Positions 14,111 to 25,583 of a DNA stretch of 64,000 nt are shown piece by piece. The stretch covers positions 18,352,001-18,416,000 of the forward strand of contig CATNEN010000038.1 in assembly GCA_950097015.1 (NCBI GenBank), given 5' to 3'. The notes below the pieces were generated by a model, which was not told the DNA's origin, did no database searches, and saw only the letters and a program-made list of their open reading frames with translations. Position numbers and translations under genes: made by a program. Source of the DNA: Macrostomum hystrix (lineage: Eukaryota; Animalia; Platyhelminthes). How positions within the stretch are numbered: the first letter of the stretch is position 1; every line of letters starts with the position of its first letter.

Positions 14111-14425
14111 TGTCAGAATTAATTGGAACAAAGAAACGACGAACTAGACTTACCAAAGGTGAGGATAAAATTGTTAAAAAGTGGACAATGGAATTGTACT
14201 TTTACGGCGAAGATGTTACTTTCACAAAATACAAAAGCTGAAAAACTATGAAACGCACAGGTTCATAGGAAAATTAATGATTATACAAGTGACAATTCTA
14301 AATAAATTTAACCGCTCGATAATTGCCACAGATTTTTATATAGTTGCTAATGGAAACAATATTATGACAACTTTGAGTGACAGTTGTAATAAAAAGTAAT
14401 AGTAAAATTATTTCAGTAATTAGTT

Positions 14426-17400
14426 TCAACAGGCAGTCATATCAAGCGCAGCCTTGACCTGATCGATTCGGCTACCCAGACTAACGATCTCCAACCTGCC
14501 AAAGCTGCCATCGGCTAGCAGGCGGCGTTTAACATCCACTATGTCCAGCTGCTTGTGCACCAATAGGCGCTGATGGCACGGACTGGAGTAGTCTTCGAGC
14601 ACTGCGTCAACCTGAGATGGCCGATGGTGCTTGGATTTAGATAACATATAAGAGAGGTATTTTTGAGAATATCACTAAGGGCTTAGGGATTATAGGACTG
14701 AATGATCAGGGATAATAGGACTGAATGATCAGGGATTATACGACTGAATCATCAGCGATTAAAGGACTGGAGGATCAGGGACTTTAGGACTGAATGTTTT
14801 GGGATTAAAGGACTGAAGTATCAGGGATTTTAGGACTGAATGTTTTGGGATTAAAGGACTGAAGGATAAGAGATTATAGAAATGAATGATCAGCGATTAT
14901 AGGACTGAATGTTCAGGGTTTATAGTGCTGAATGATTATGGATTATAGGAATGTAAGAAAGGGATAAAAGGATTAAATTATCAGAGATAAGAAGACTAAA
15001 GCCAGGTATTGTGACTAAAAATATTTGAGAGTAAGCCAAAAATAACAGCAGACTCATTCTTTATTCCAACCTGGAAGTCGAAGCCGCCGCACATGAGGCA
15101 GGAGTACAGGGCGCACATCTCGGGGAATTCCAGATCGCAGCCAAACACTCGGCACTCTAAAGGCAGTGAATGGAACTCTTCAACGTAGGCCAGGCTGTAG
15201 AGCAAGAATTCTTCTAGGCCCGGTTGCTTAGCAACCAGATGCTGCCAGAAAGTCCGCGACATAACGGGACTGGCGCCGGAGGCAGCCTGCTGAAACAGGC
15301 GATGCATGGAGTCGCGGTATTTCTCCTCGTCAGTTTCGAATAGTTCTCGGCCCCTAGCAACCAGGGCGTCCTTAGTAACCACTGGTAGGCCTGGCGGGCA
15401 GGTGCGGTGGACGCGAATCACTGGCTGCAACTGGCTGGCGGAATCGATGAAAGCCAAGGCGGCCGCAGTCTTGGCCATTTCTACAGTGTCGCCCTCCGAT
15501 TGGCTCAGCAACAGGCTGCCCAGATGAAGCTGGGCGGTGATGTTGGGCCGTTCACGACCCTCGCTAACAACAGGCCCGATGCTAGACGAGGTCACCTGGG
15601 AGTTGGGGGTCGATTAGATAATAAATTAGTTTTATTCAGTTTTAAGTTTGCTGAGTTTTCTATAAGTTGAACTCTAGATTAAAAATCCTAAAATACCATA
15701 TTTTTTGTCTAAGAATAACTTAATAAGCGAAAAAAGGCGTAACGGTGTCATACTATTTAAGGCCACAATAGGGAAGTCAATTTGCCGGGAAGGGGAGTTT
15801 TTTTAGAAATTTGATTGGCTGGGTTAGGGTTTTGGGAAGTTGATTTGCTGAGTTGGGGTTTTGGGAAGTTGATTGGCTGTGTTGGGGGTTTTGGGAAGTT
15901 GATTGGCTGAGTTGGCGGTTTTGGGAAGTTGATTGGCTGAGTTGGGGGTTTTGGGAAGTTGATTGGCTGAGTTGGGGTTTTGGGAAGTTGATTGGCTGAG
16001 TTGGGGTTTTGGGAAGTTGATTGGCTGAGTTGGGGTTTTGGGAAGTTGATTGGCTGAGTTGGGGTTTTGGGAAGTTGATTGGCTGAGTTGGGGTTTTGGG
16101 AAGTTGATTGGCTGAGTTGGGGTTTTGGGAAGTTGATTGGCTGAGTTGGGGGTTTTGGGAAGTTGATTGGCTGAGTTGGGGTTTTGGGAAGTTGATTGGC
16201 TGAGTTGGGGTTTTGGGAAGTTGATTGGCTGAGTTGGGGGTTTTGGGAAGTTGATTGGCTGAGTTGGGGTTTTGGGAAGTTGATTGGCTGAGTTGGGGTT
16301 TTGGGAAGTTGATTGGCTGAGTTGGGGTTTTGGGAAGTTGATTGGCTGAGTTGGGGGTTTTGGGAAGTTGATTGGCTGAGTTGGGGGTTTTGGGAAGTTG
16401 ATTGGCTGAGTTGGGGGTTTTGGGAAGTTGATTGGCTGAGTTGGGGGTTTTGGGAAGTTGATTGGCTGAGTTGGGGGTTTTGGGAAGTTGATTGGCTGAG
16501 TTGGGGGTTTTGGGAAGTTGATTGGCTGAGTTGGGGGTTTTGGGAAGTTGATTGGCTGAGTTGGGGGTTTTGGGAAGTTGATTTGCTGAGTTGGGGGTTT
16601 TGGGAAGTTGATTGGCTGAGTTGGGGTTTTTGAGAAGTTGATTGGCTGAGTTGGGGGTTTTGGAAAGTTGATTGGCTGGGAACGGGTTTTTGGGAAGTTG
16701 ATTGGCTGAGTTGGGGGTTTTGGGAAGTTGATTGCCTGGTTTGGGGTTTTTTGAGAAGTTGATTGGCTGAGTTGGGGGTTTTGAGAAGTTGATTGGCTGA
16801 GTTGGCGGTTTTGGGAAGTTGATTGGCTGAGTTGGGGGTTTTGGGAAGTTGATTGGCTGAGTTGGGGTTTTGGGAAGTTGATTGGCTGAGTTGGGGTTTT
16901 GGGAAGTTGATTGGCTGAGTTGGGGGTTTTGGGAAGTTGATTGGCTGAGTTGGGGGTTTTGGAAAGTTGATTGGCTGGGAACGGGTTTTTGGGAAGTTTA
17001 TTGGCTGAGTTGGGGGTTTTGGGAAGTTGATTGGCTGAGTTGGGGTTTTGGGAAGTTGATTGGCTGAGTTGGGGGTTTTGGGAAGTTGATTGGCTGAGTT
17101 GGGGTTTTGGGAAGTTGATTGGCTGAGTTGGGGTTTTGGGAAGTTGATTGGCTGAGATGGGGGTTTTGGGAAGTTGATTGGCTGAGTTGGGGTTTTGGGA
17201 AGTTGATTGGCTGAGTTGGGGTTTTGGGAAGTTGATTGGCTGAGTTGGGGTTTTGGGAAGTTGATTGGCTGAGTTGGGGGTTTTGGGAAGTTGATTGGCT
17301 GAGTTGGGGGTTTTGGGAAGTTGATTGGCTGAGTTGGGGGTTTTGGGAAGTTGATTGGCTGAGTTGGGGGTTTTGGGAAGTTGATTGGCTGAGTTGGGGG

Positions 17401-20400
17401 TTTTGGGAAGTTGATTGGCTGAGTTGGGGGTTTTGGGAAGTTGATTGGCTGAGTTGGGGGTTTTGGGAAGTTGATTGGCTGAGTTGGGGGTTTTGGGAAG
17501 TTGATTTGCTGAGTTGGGGGTTTTGGGAAGTTGATTGGCTGAGTTGGGGTTTTTGAGAAGTTGATTGGCTGAGTTGGGGGTTTTGGGAAGTTGATTGGCT
17601 GGGAACGGGTTTTTGGGAAGTTGATTGGCTGAGTTGGGGGTTTTGGGAAGTTGATTGCCTGGTTTGGGGTTTTTTGAGAAGTTGATTGGCTGAGTTGGGG
17701 GTTTTGAGAAGTTGATTGGCTGAGTTGGCGGTTTTGGGAAGTTGATTGGCTGAGTTGGGGGTTTTGGGAAGTTGATTGGCTGAGTTGGGGTTTTGGGAAG
17801 TTGATTGGCTGAGTTGGGGTTTTGGGAAGTTGATTGGCTGAGTTGGGGGTTTTGGGAAGTTGATTGGCTGAGTTGGGGGTTTTGGAAAGTTGATTGGCTG
17901 GGAACGGGTTTTTGGGAAGTTTATTGGCTGAGTTGGGGGTTTTGGGAAGTTGATTGCCTGGTTTGGGGTTTTTTGAGAAGTTGATTGGCTGAGTTGGGGG
18001 CTTTGAGAAGTTGATTGGCTGAGTTGGGGGTTTTTGAGAAGTTGATTGGCTGAGTTGGGGGTTTTGAGAAGTTGATTGGCTGAGTTGGGGGTTTTGAGAA
18101 GTTGATTGGCTGAGTTGGGGGTTTTGAGAAGTTGATTGGCTGGGAACGGGTTTTTGGGAAGTTGATTGGCTGAGTTGGGGGTTTCGGGAAGTTGATAGGC
18201 TGGGTTGTGGTTTTTGAGAAGTTGATTGGCTGGGAACGGGTTTTTGGGAAGTTGATTGGCTCAGAAGGGGCGTTCATGGAAGTTTCTAAGTTAATAAATA
18301 GAGACCTGAAGGGTCAGAGCGGAACGGGAATATTTGCCTCCACGCAAATACGAAAATCATTTTTACAATGAAAACATTTTCATTGCAATAGTTTTTACCT
18401 TATGCAGTTCATTAAAATGACAGGTTAGCCGGAACTGGGCAATGGGCGGCATGACTTTAACAACGTGAGCAGCCGGGTGGCACACGAAAAGAGTGTTTAA
18501 CTGCGGCGAGGCCATAGACGTCACAGTTGTAGTGGAATCTACATTGGCGGGAGTCGACCAAGGATCCGAAGTCAGGATAGGCACAATGGTGCCAACTCCA
18601 CCGCCAAGTTCTCCTAGTAGGGAAGGCGGAGCTGGCGCCTCCGGCTCCCAGTTGGTGAGGTTCACGGTGCTGATTGGCGCATTGCCCAACAGTTTCAGTA
18701 GGCACTGGGAGACACCGCGGGCCCGAACTTCGAATCTGTACCGACTAGAGGCGCCGACAAACATTGACAGCAGGGGTGGAAACTGGCGAGCCGGCGGCGA
18801 CGTCTTGTTCCACTCACCGTTGTCATCCTCAGCGGCTGCGGCGGAGTCAACTTCAGGCTCTGCTTCGGCTTCGGCTTCGGCAGCGGCAGCTTCGGCTGGC
18901 GTCGGCTCCGGGAATGTGGCAATGCATTGAACTAGAATGTTGCTTCTCTGCCAGGCCCGGCGAATGTCGACTATGCGGGGCGGCGTTGAATCGCCATCGA
19001 CCATATAATCGACGAAGCGACGACAGGCGTCCAGGCGGGCAGCCAGCTGGTTGCAGCCGCGGCCCTGGACACCTGAGAACACGCTGCAGGTGTAGAGATC
19101 GCACAGCACCGTGTAGGCCTCTATCGGAGGCTCCGACTAGAATTGGGTGATAAGAGACAATCGTTAGTAAAAAGACTAGTGAGATCTCAGAGGCAAGTGT
19201 CTCATGGGGTGAGATCTCAGACGCTAGTGTCTCATGGGGTGAGTTCTCAGAGGCTAGTGTCTCATGGGGTGAGATCTCAGAGGCTAGTGTCTGATGGGGT
19301 GAGATCTCAGAGGCTAGTGTCTCATGGGGTGAGATCTCAGAGGCAAGTGTCTCATGGGGTTAGATCTCAGAGGCTGGTGTCTCATAGGGTGAGATCTCAG
19401 ACGCTAGTGTGTCATGGGGTGAGATCTCAGAGGCTGGTGTCTCATGGGGTGAGATTTCACGGGCTAGTGTCTCATGGGGTGAGATTTCAGAGGCTACAAT
19501 CTCATGGGTTGAGATTTCAGAGGCTACTATCGCATTGGGTGAGATTTCAGAGGATACTATCGCATTGGGTGAGATTTCAGAGGATACTATCGCATTGGGT
19601 GAGATTTCAGAGGCTACAATCGCATGGGGTGAGATTTCAGAGGCTACTATCGCATGGGGTGAGATTTCAGAGGCTACTATCGCATGGGGTGAGATTTCAG
19701 AGGCTACTATCGCATGGGGTGAGATTTCAGAGGCTACTATCGCATGGGGTGAGATTTCAGAGGCTACTATCGCATGGGGTGAGATTTCAGAGGCTACTAT
19801 CGCATGGGGTGAGATTTCAGAGGCTACTATCGCATGGGGTGAGATTTCAGAGGCTACTATCGCATGGGTTGAGATTTCAGAGGCTACTATCGCATGGGGT
19901 GAGATTTCAGAGGCTACTATCGCATGGGGTTAGATTTCAGAGGCTACTATCGCATGGGGTGAGATTTCAGAGGCTACTATCGCATGGGGTGAGATTTCAG
20001 AGGCTACTATCGCATGGGGTGAGATTTCAGAGGCTACTATCGCATGGGGTGAGATTTCAGAGGCTACTATCGCATGGGGTGAGATTTCAGAGGATACTAT
20101 CTCATGGGTTAAGTTGAGATTTCAGAGGTACCGCATGAAGTTAGGTTTTAGAGGCTAGCAACTTTTTGAGGCTAGGATTTCATTGGTTTATGTGGATTCT
20201 TGAAGGGCACTATCTCACGGGTGAGATTTTTTAGCTTAAAAATGACAATAAAATGTTGTACGCACCTTAGCAGTGACGCTCTTATCGAGTTCTTCTTCTT
20301 TTACTTTAATGATTGCAGCGCCGGGCCTGTTGGTTTCTATGGCAACATTGTCGCCATAGTAACCGCGCAAAGCGTCTAAGTCAAGATCTCTGGCCAAAGC

Positions 20401-21242
20401 GAAGACGTAATGAAAATGAAAGTCCGGCACGCGCTCTCGCACGGCATAAACAACAGTCTGGAAAGAAGGTGGAGGAGTATAAGCGATTGATAAACATACG
20501 GCTCCAAGAACATTTTGCGGATTCGAACCCATGAACGCACCTGTAAGTGCAGCTGACGCCTGTCAATATTGGCGCAGGCGTCACGCAGGGCACGCTGCAC
20601 ATCGGCAAAGATTTCGACAAGCGGCCGGCCAGGAGTCGTTGAGCCCTGCTGATCGCCCATTGGTTGCTGCTGCTGCTGCCGCTTCTTGTTAGGCCGATCC
20701 GGCCTCAATCCAGCCATCAGCGGAGTGACCATTCCGATGGCGCCCTGCAACTGCTGCTTCTGTTTCATCTTGGCGTGCGAAGATTTGCCGACGGCACCGC
20801 CGCGCGATGGGGAGTACAGCAGCGGCTGAGGGAAGCCGCCACCGCCGCCTCCGCGCCTAGCCTGCCTGTTATTGAACTTGCCGCCGCCAGACGAACCAAT
20901 GGCACTGGCCGACCAGCCAAACTGTTGGGGCGGAGCTACCGGTGGCATGAAACCTTGCCAACCCACAGCCGGCTGGTTGTAGCCATAGAACTGCTGCTGC
21001 GGCCTTATCTGCATCAGGCTTGGCACAGCTGCGCCAATGGAAGGCATCAACGATGCTGGCTGCTGATAATAATGCTGCTGCTGCTGACGCTGCTGACGAT
21101 TTTGATAGGCAGGCGAGGACTGGCTGCCGTGAAAGCCGCCGATACCGCTGCTGCTAGCTGGCTGAGCTGGCTCAGATGCTTCGTCGGCTTCGGTTGCCGA
21201 GGTGCTGAAAGCCGATCGACGAATCGGCGGCATAGACGACAT
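14426..21242 (-). CDS. NKRF/CARF-family-like RNA-binding protein (dsRBD-like domain + degenerate R3H-like C-terminus), 780 aa; exons 21242-20541, 20457-20266, 19136-18399, 15595-15071, 14611-14426
   Basis: Four GT-AG introns, all phase 0, give an open 780-aa frame. PIAQFRLTCHFN...LHLGSLLLSQSEGDTVEMAKTAAALAF...QPVI...VVTKDAL aligns by eye with recalled NKRF PVCTLNDTAQFN...VILESEVIAEAVG.KKTVKYEAA...QPTV...VISRNEI. C-terminal RLLVHKQLDIVDVKRRLLADGSFGRLEIV resembles NKRF RYLVVGRK...LLDQLKQEGQVGHYELV. Q/G/P-rich N-terminus. Confidence 0.72.
14679..14960 (-). repeat. 23-bp minisatellite C' (GGGATTATAGGACTGAATGATCA)n, inverted copy of family C, in NKRF-like intron 4
   Basis: Reverse complement of the 13845-14110 unit, more degenerate. 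Confidence 0.9.
15787..18262. repeat. ~30-bp G-rich minisatellite B' (GGGAAGTTGATTGGCTGAGTTGGGGGTTTT)n in NKRF-like intron 3
   Basis: About 80 units; shares GGGAAGTTGATT core with array B; internal ~923-bp higher-order duplication. Confidence 0.97.
19178..20230. repeat. 30-bp minisatellite A' (GAGATTTCAGAGGCTACTATCGCATGGGGT)n in NKRF-like intron 2
   Basis: About 32 regular units plus degenerate units up to 20230. Confidence 0.96.
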
Positions 21243-22681
21243 TGGATTGTAGCCTGAGGGTGGCGGGTAATGCTTAATAAACTTGAAGCTCCTTCCTTTT
21301 GAACCAAAACTGCGCCCTAGTCATGAAGCTCACGGTGAATGAATAGATATCAATATCTATTCACGGGGAGGAGGGGATGGGTTCAGAGATTGCAGGCTGC
21401 TAGGAGCCGCCTAGGAGGGTACAAGGTGTGTAGCGCAATTGATAAGAAGATAGAAAAATCGTGCGCTATACCGGACTCTTGTAAGTACACTCTTGTAAGT
21501 ACACGGGATATCTACGTCGACAGGTAGGAGAAAAATTCGCTCATTATATACTGCGCACGCACCTAGAAATGGCACTTGAGCAAGTAAGACAACATAAATG
21601 CTGAGCACTTTGTGCGAACAATTACCAGTGCCACGTCCAGAGCCTCTTCTGTATGCCATGGGGTAACTAAGCGAGTATGATAACCAGATAGACAAGGACC
21701 TTCGGTATGTGTAGAAAACTACTGTGCAGAATTTAACTGAAAGGTAAATAGTTTTTCATATTCTGTACTCATTATTATATCAGTATTGACTGATCAAAGT
21801 AGGTAAAAGTAAAAGTTTAAAAAAGTTTTATTCAAAAACGAAAAAGCTAAAAAGTATATATTTTATAATAGTGCAATCAAACTGATGCAAAAACACAAAT
21901 AAAAAAACACCCATAGTGAAGCCAAACAAAATTCTGACAAACAATAACTTGCTGTCAAAAACTATTTTGTGGTGAATCTAAAGATGAGTTGACATGGTCA
22001 AGTAAGCAAGCATACACACAAACTTTGATCTCAGGCATACAAATAAATATATTGACAAGACTTTTACTATAGGCCAACAAAATAAATAATTCCATGTTAG
22101 AAAAAAAAACTAGCAAACTGTGCAATATTTAGATTTATTCATTTAAAACAAATATGTTCTGCTTGGCTAGAGTAAAAAATTCTTAAAAAACATTTTTTCT
22201 TCAAATAATTGAACTGCTAATAAAATTGGCTGTAATAGGTCCCTATAGCGTTAACAAAGTGGATGTGTTGCTATACATAAATGCAAGTAGAGGTTGTATA
22301 TTAATCAATCATTTTACTGCATTAAAAAGCTATTCAACCTTACCAAAAGGTTTATCATAATATAAAAAATCAAACCAATCATTAGGACCTATTAGAAAAG
22401 TTTTGCAATAAAAATGCAATATAAATTTATTTTATCCTTTAAACAAGGCCAGTGCAATAAATTGACACCCAGAATATAATATTGTGTCAGTTTTAGGCAT
22501 CAAGCCAGGCCAGGCATACAAGCATTTAATTAATTAAAACATTAAAAATTAATTGCTGCTAAATTTATGCACCTATGAGCTGGAGCAAACAATTTTATAT
22601 TTTTATGCTGAACACTTAAGTTTTGTAAATTCAGCATGACATAAAAATTTCATGCATTAAAGCAGTTTGAAATAAAAAGTA

Positions 22682-23816
22682 GGAATTGGGTTCATTTTGG
22701 TAACATACACTTCAGTTACAGACATTTCGGTAACATGTCACGACACTTTGGCAATTTGAAGAATACCAAGTAATTAGTCCTTATCAAAGAAATTGAAACC
22801 TTATACTGTTTATTTAGTCAAATCAAAACATCACAAGTAAAACAAAGACTAATGAGGGCTGTGTAACAGTTAATGTGATTGTCATGACTTGCGTTTTATA
22901 GTTAAATTCTTTAACTATAACATCATGAGTTATTGACATTATTGCATTTTTACTGCCACAGCTACAGCATCCAGTATTGACAGTATAAAACATAAGTCAA
23001 TAAAGTTGTAAAGAGACAGTATTAAGTCAGTGGCAATGCAAATGTTTAATGGGTGGCAATAAGTCTTGACACAGAACATAGCAGTTGATGGGCTATTTTA
23101 TTCCCAGCTTGCAGCTTGAAATTCTGGCAAACTCCTAGTTTGCTGCGTTAACTTATTTTTACATTTAAACCCTTGGTTAAAATGGTGTGCGTGGAAGTTA
23201 AAATGACAGTTAAAAGTTTTAAAAGAATGTAGTCAACAACAATCAATAGTAACTAATACCATTGAGGAATCATGGGCACAAGTGAAGGACAAGTTCCGGA
23301 GAATGCATGCACAAGTGACGCACTATTCTAGACTCACTTAACTGAATGAGTATCTCTGGCACTGCCTCTTCCTAGAGAAGATGTTTGGCAACTTCCTCTA
23401 CTGGATTGCCTGTTACTATTGATTGTTGACAATATCCTTTTAACTCTGTCATTTTAAGTTACATGAGTGCCATTTTAACTTTTAAAAGGTTTTAAGTGTA
23501 AAAATAATTTAAAGCAGCATAGTAGGAGTTTGCCAAAATTCCTACCAGTTCTGGAACACACGGGCCTGCTTACACAGATATGGTGCTTTAGATAACACTA
23601 ACATTTTAATGTTCATGATACTAAAATTCAAGAATGTAACTATTGAATTACTTGTTTTTTGAGTACTAATGACTTACTAATAAATAAAATAAAAATAAAA
23701 AAACCACAACACTTTCACAGTTACTGAATTGTATAAGATAATTTTACCAAGGTGTCTGTTACTGAAGTGTTGTTACTGAAGTGGATTTTCAGTTGTTACC
23801 AAAATAGACTACAACC
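22682..23816. mobile_element. Old MULE-like non-autonomous DNA transposon (degenerate TIRs with CATTT[CT]GGTAAC sub-repeats)
   Basis: Left TCATTTTGGTAACA...CACTTCAGTTACAGACA and right TGTCTGTTACTGAAGTG...TGTTACCAAAATAGA are inverted; the TSD is degenerate. Confidence 0.6.
23118..23542 (+). mobile_element. Merlin (IS1595/IS1016-like) internally deleted transposon, nested in the previous element
   Basis: ~100-bp imperfect TIRs (GAAATTCTGGCAAACTCCTA... / ...TAGGAGTTTGCCAAAATTCC). Interior encodes TNTIEESWAQVKDKFRRMH...EYLWHCLF..KMFGNFLYWIA, the C-terminal DDE_Tnp_IS1595 signature, disrupted by stops/frameshifts. Confidence 0.8.
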
Positions 23817-24205
23817 AAAAGTATAAAATTTTAGCACTATACCACACTTAATAATGACAAGGTTATGGTAACTGGCCCATAGCATATTTATATGCTATTT
23901 AGCAATTTTTCCACTTATGCCTTGTGAATAGCATTTCACCTCAATTATTTAAAAAACTTTTAGTTGGGTAGAATCACTGTCAAGAAAATTGCAAACATCT
24001 TGATTATATGTTGATTTTTGAAAAAATCTAGGCCTATTCATTGCATTCTTGTATAAAAACTCTTTAAAATATTGGTATCTATTAAATAAAGCAATAAAGC
24101 ATTTCTGCCCCCTGAAGCTAAGCAACAGCTGATATCTTAAGCTGAAAAGAAAAGCTGTAATTGAATTTGCTTAAACTGTCAACTGTGGATGTGGTGCACT
24201 GAATG

Positions 24206-24674
24206 GTTCCCAGGTCATTTCGGTGACACGACATTTCAGTGACATTCATTTCGGTGACACAATTGGTCAGATTGGTGACACCTATTTTTGCATCTAAATA
24301 TGCTAAAAACAGCCTTACATTTTAACTATGCACACATAAAATATTAATTAAATAATGCTTAAAGTATTAATAAGAAGCTGCATTGCTCTGTTTAAGTCTG
24401 GGTTTTACTTTAAATGAGTTAAATTATTAAATTATTTAATGAGTAGGCCTAGTCAATAGTTACAATAGTTATTTGTTCCTAATTAAATGTAGTATAATAA
24501 TCATATTTCAAGTTTTGGATTGACAAGGCTAGTGCAGGCTTTAAGCAGCTGCTGGATTGTGGAAGGCTGTTTTATCAGCATATTTAGGTGCAAAAATAGT
24601 TGTCACCGAACTGACCAATTCTGGCACCTAAATGACTGTCACCGAAATGTCTTGTCACCGAAATGACCTGGGAC
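24206..24674. mobile_element. MULE-like MITE, ~100-bp TIRs, 9-bp TSD CACTGAATG
   Basis: TIRs with CATTTCGGTGAC sub-repeats; identical flanking direct repeats at 24197-24205 and 24675-24683. Confidence 0.9.
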
Positions 24675-25583
24675 CACTGAATGTATTAATAATTTCAAGA
24701 TGGGAATTAACAAACTCCAACACCGGTCCAAGTACTATATTTTGGTGGTTCTGATACTTTATTTTCACTTTAAATTGGCCAAAGAGCTTAGTAGCTTAGT
24801 AGCTTAGTAGCTTAGAAAACAGCTTTTTCGTCACATAATTTACAAACAGTCATTAGGCTAATTTGAGAATGACCCCTCGCTGGTCTAGGTTGCGACCTTT
24901 ATCCTAGAGAATGGAAATCATAGGCCATAGTAATTCCTGCTTATGAAAATAGAATAAGACAACTATGTCCTTATTGTATTTATTTGCCTGTTGAGGTTTA
25001 GCTACAAGGTCGTTGGGATCAATTATTTTTGTTTGCTAGCACAGTCCCGAATGGAAAAAAGATTGGTTGCTTTTCTAAGAAAGCGTAACTAATGATTTCT
25101 TGCTGCGATTCGCAATGAATTTTGAAAGATTCATTCTGTCTGTTGATTTTTTACGTTCAAATAAGTTTTCTAATTTCATTTTTATTGTGACGCATTAGTT
25201 GTCAGTCCCACAGTTGTCAGTTCCGTCTGCAAAGTTACTTTGACTGGAGGCCATTTTAATATAAACTTAATAATTCTGTCATCAGTAGTCGTAACTGAGA
25301 AGAAGGAAAAAATAAATATATTAAATAAAACCGAAAGCATGTAAGAATTTCGAACATAATATAATGTTTATATGTAAAAACATATAAAATGAAAAATACA
25401 ATTAAAAGTATATTATAAAAAGAAGAATTGACGTCCATATTTCCCATTTTTTGCTATTAGACTTTATTGCAATTAGATGTAAGTAAAGTATTTCATGTCA
25501 TTTTTTGATAGAAGGCCTAAAACTGGAGATAATGTAAGCAAGTTTTTTAACAAAATAAAATGTTGGGTTCATCGATGTTTCAT

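Noticed and set aside
15787-18262. Interstitial telomere
   Set aside because: TTGGGGTTTTGGG is only part of a 30-bp unit; no (TTAGGG)n tract
4351-20230. CRISPR arrays or viral homologous regions (30-bp period)
   Set aside because: No unique spacers, cas genes or viral genes; surrounding genes are spliced animal genes
21339-21745. Possible + strand coding remnant upstream of the NKRF-like gene
   Set aside because: Stops in all frames and no recognisable motif
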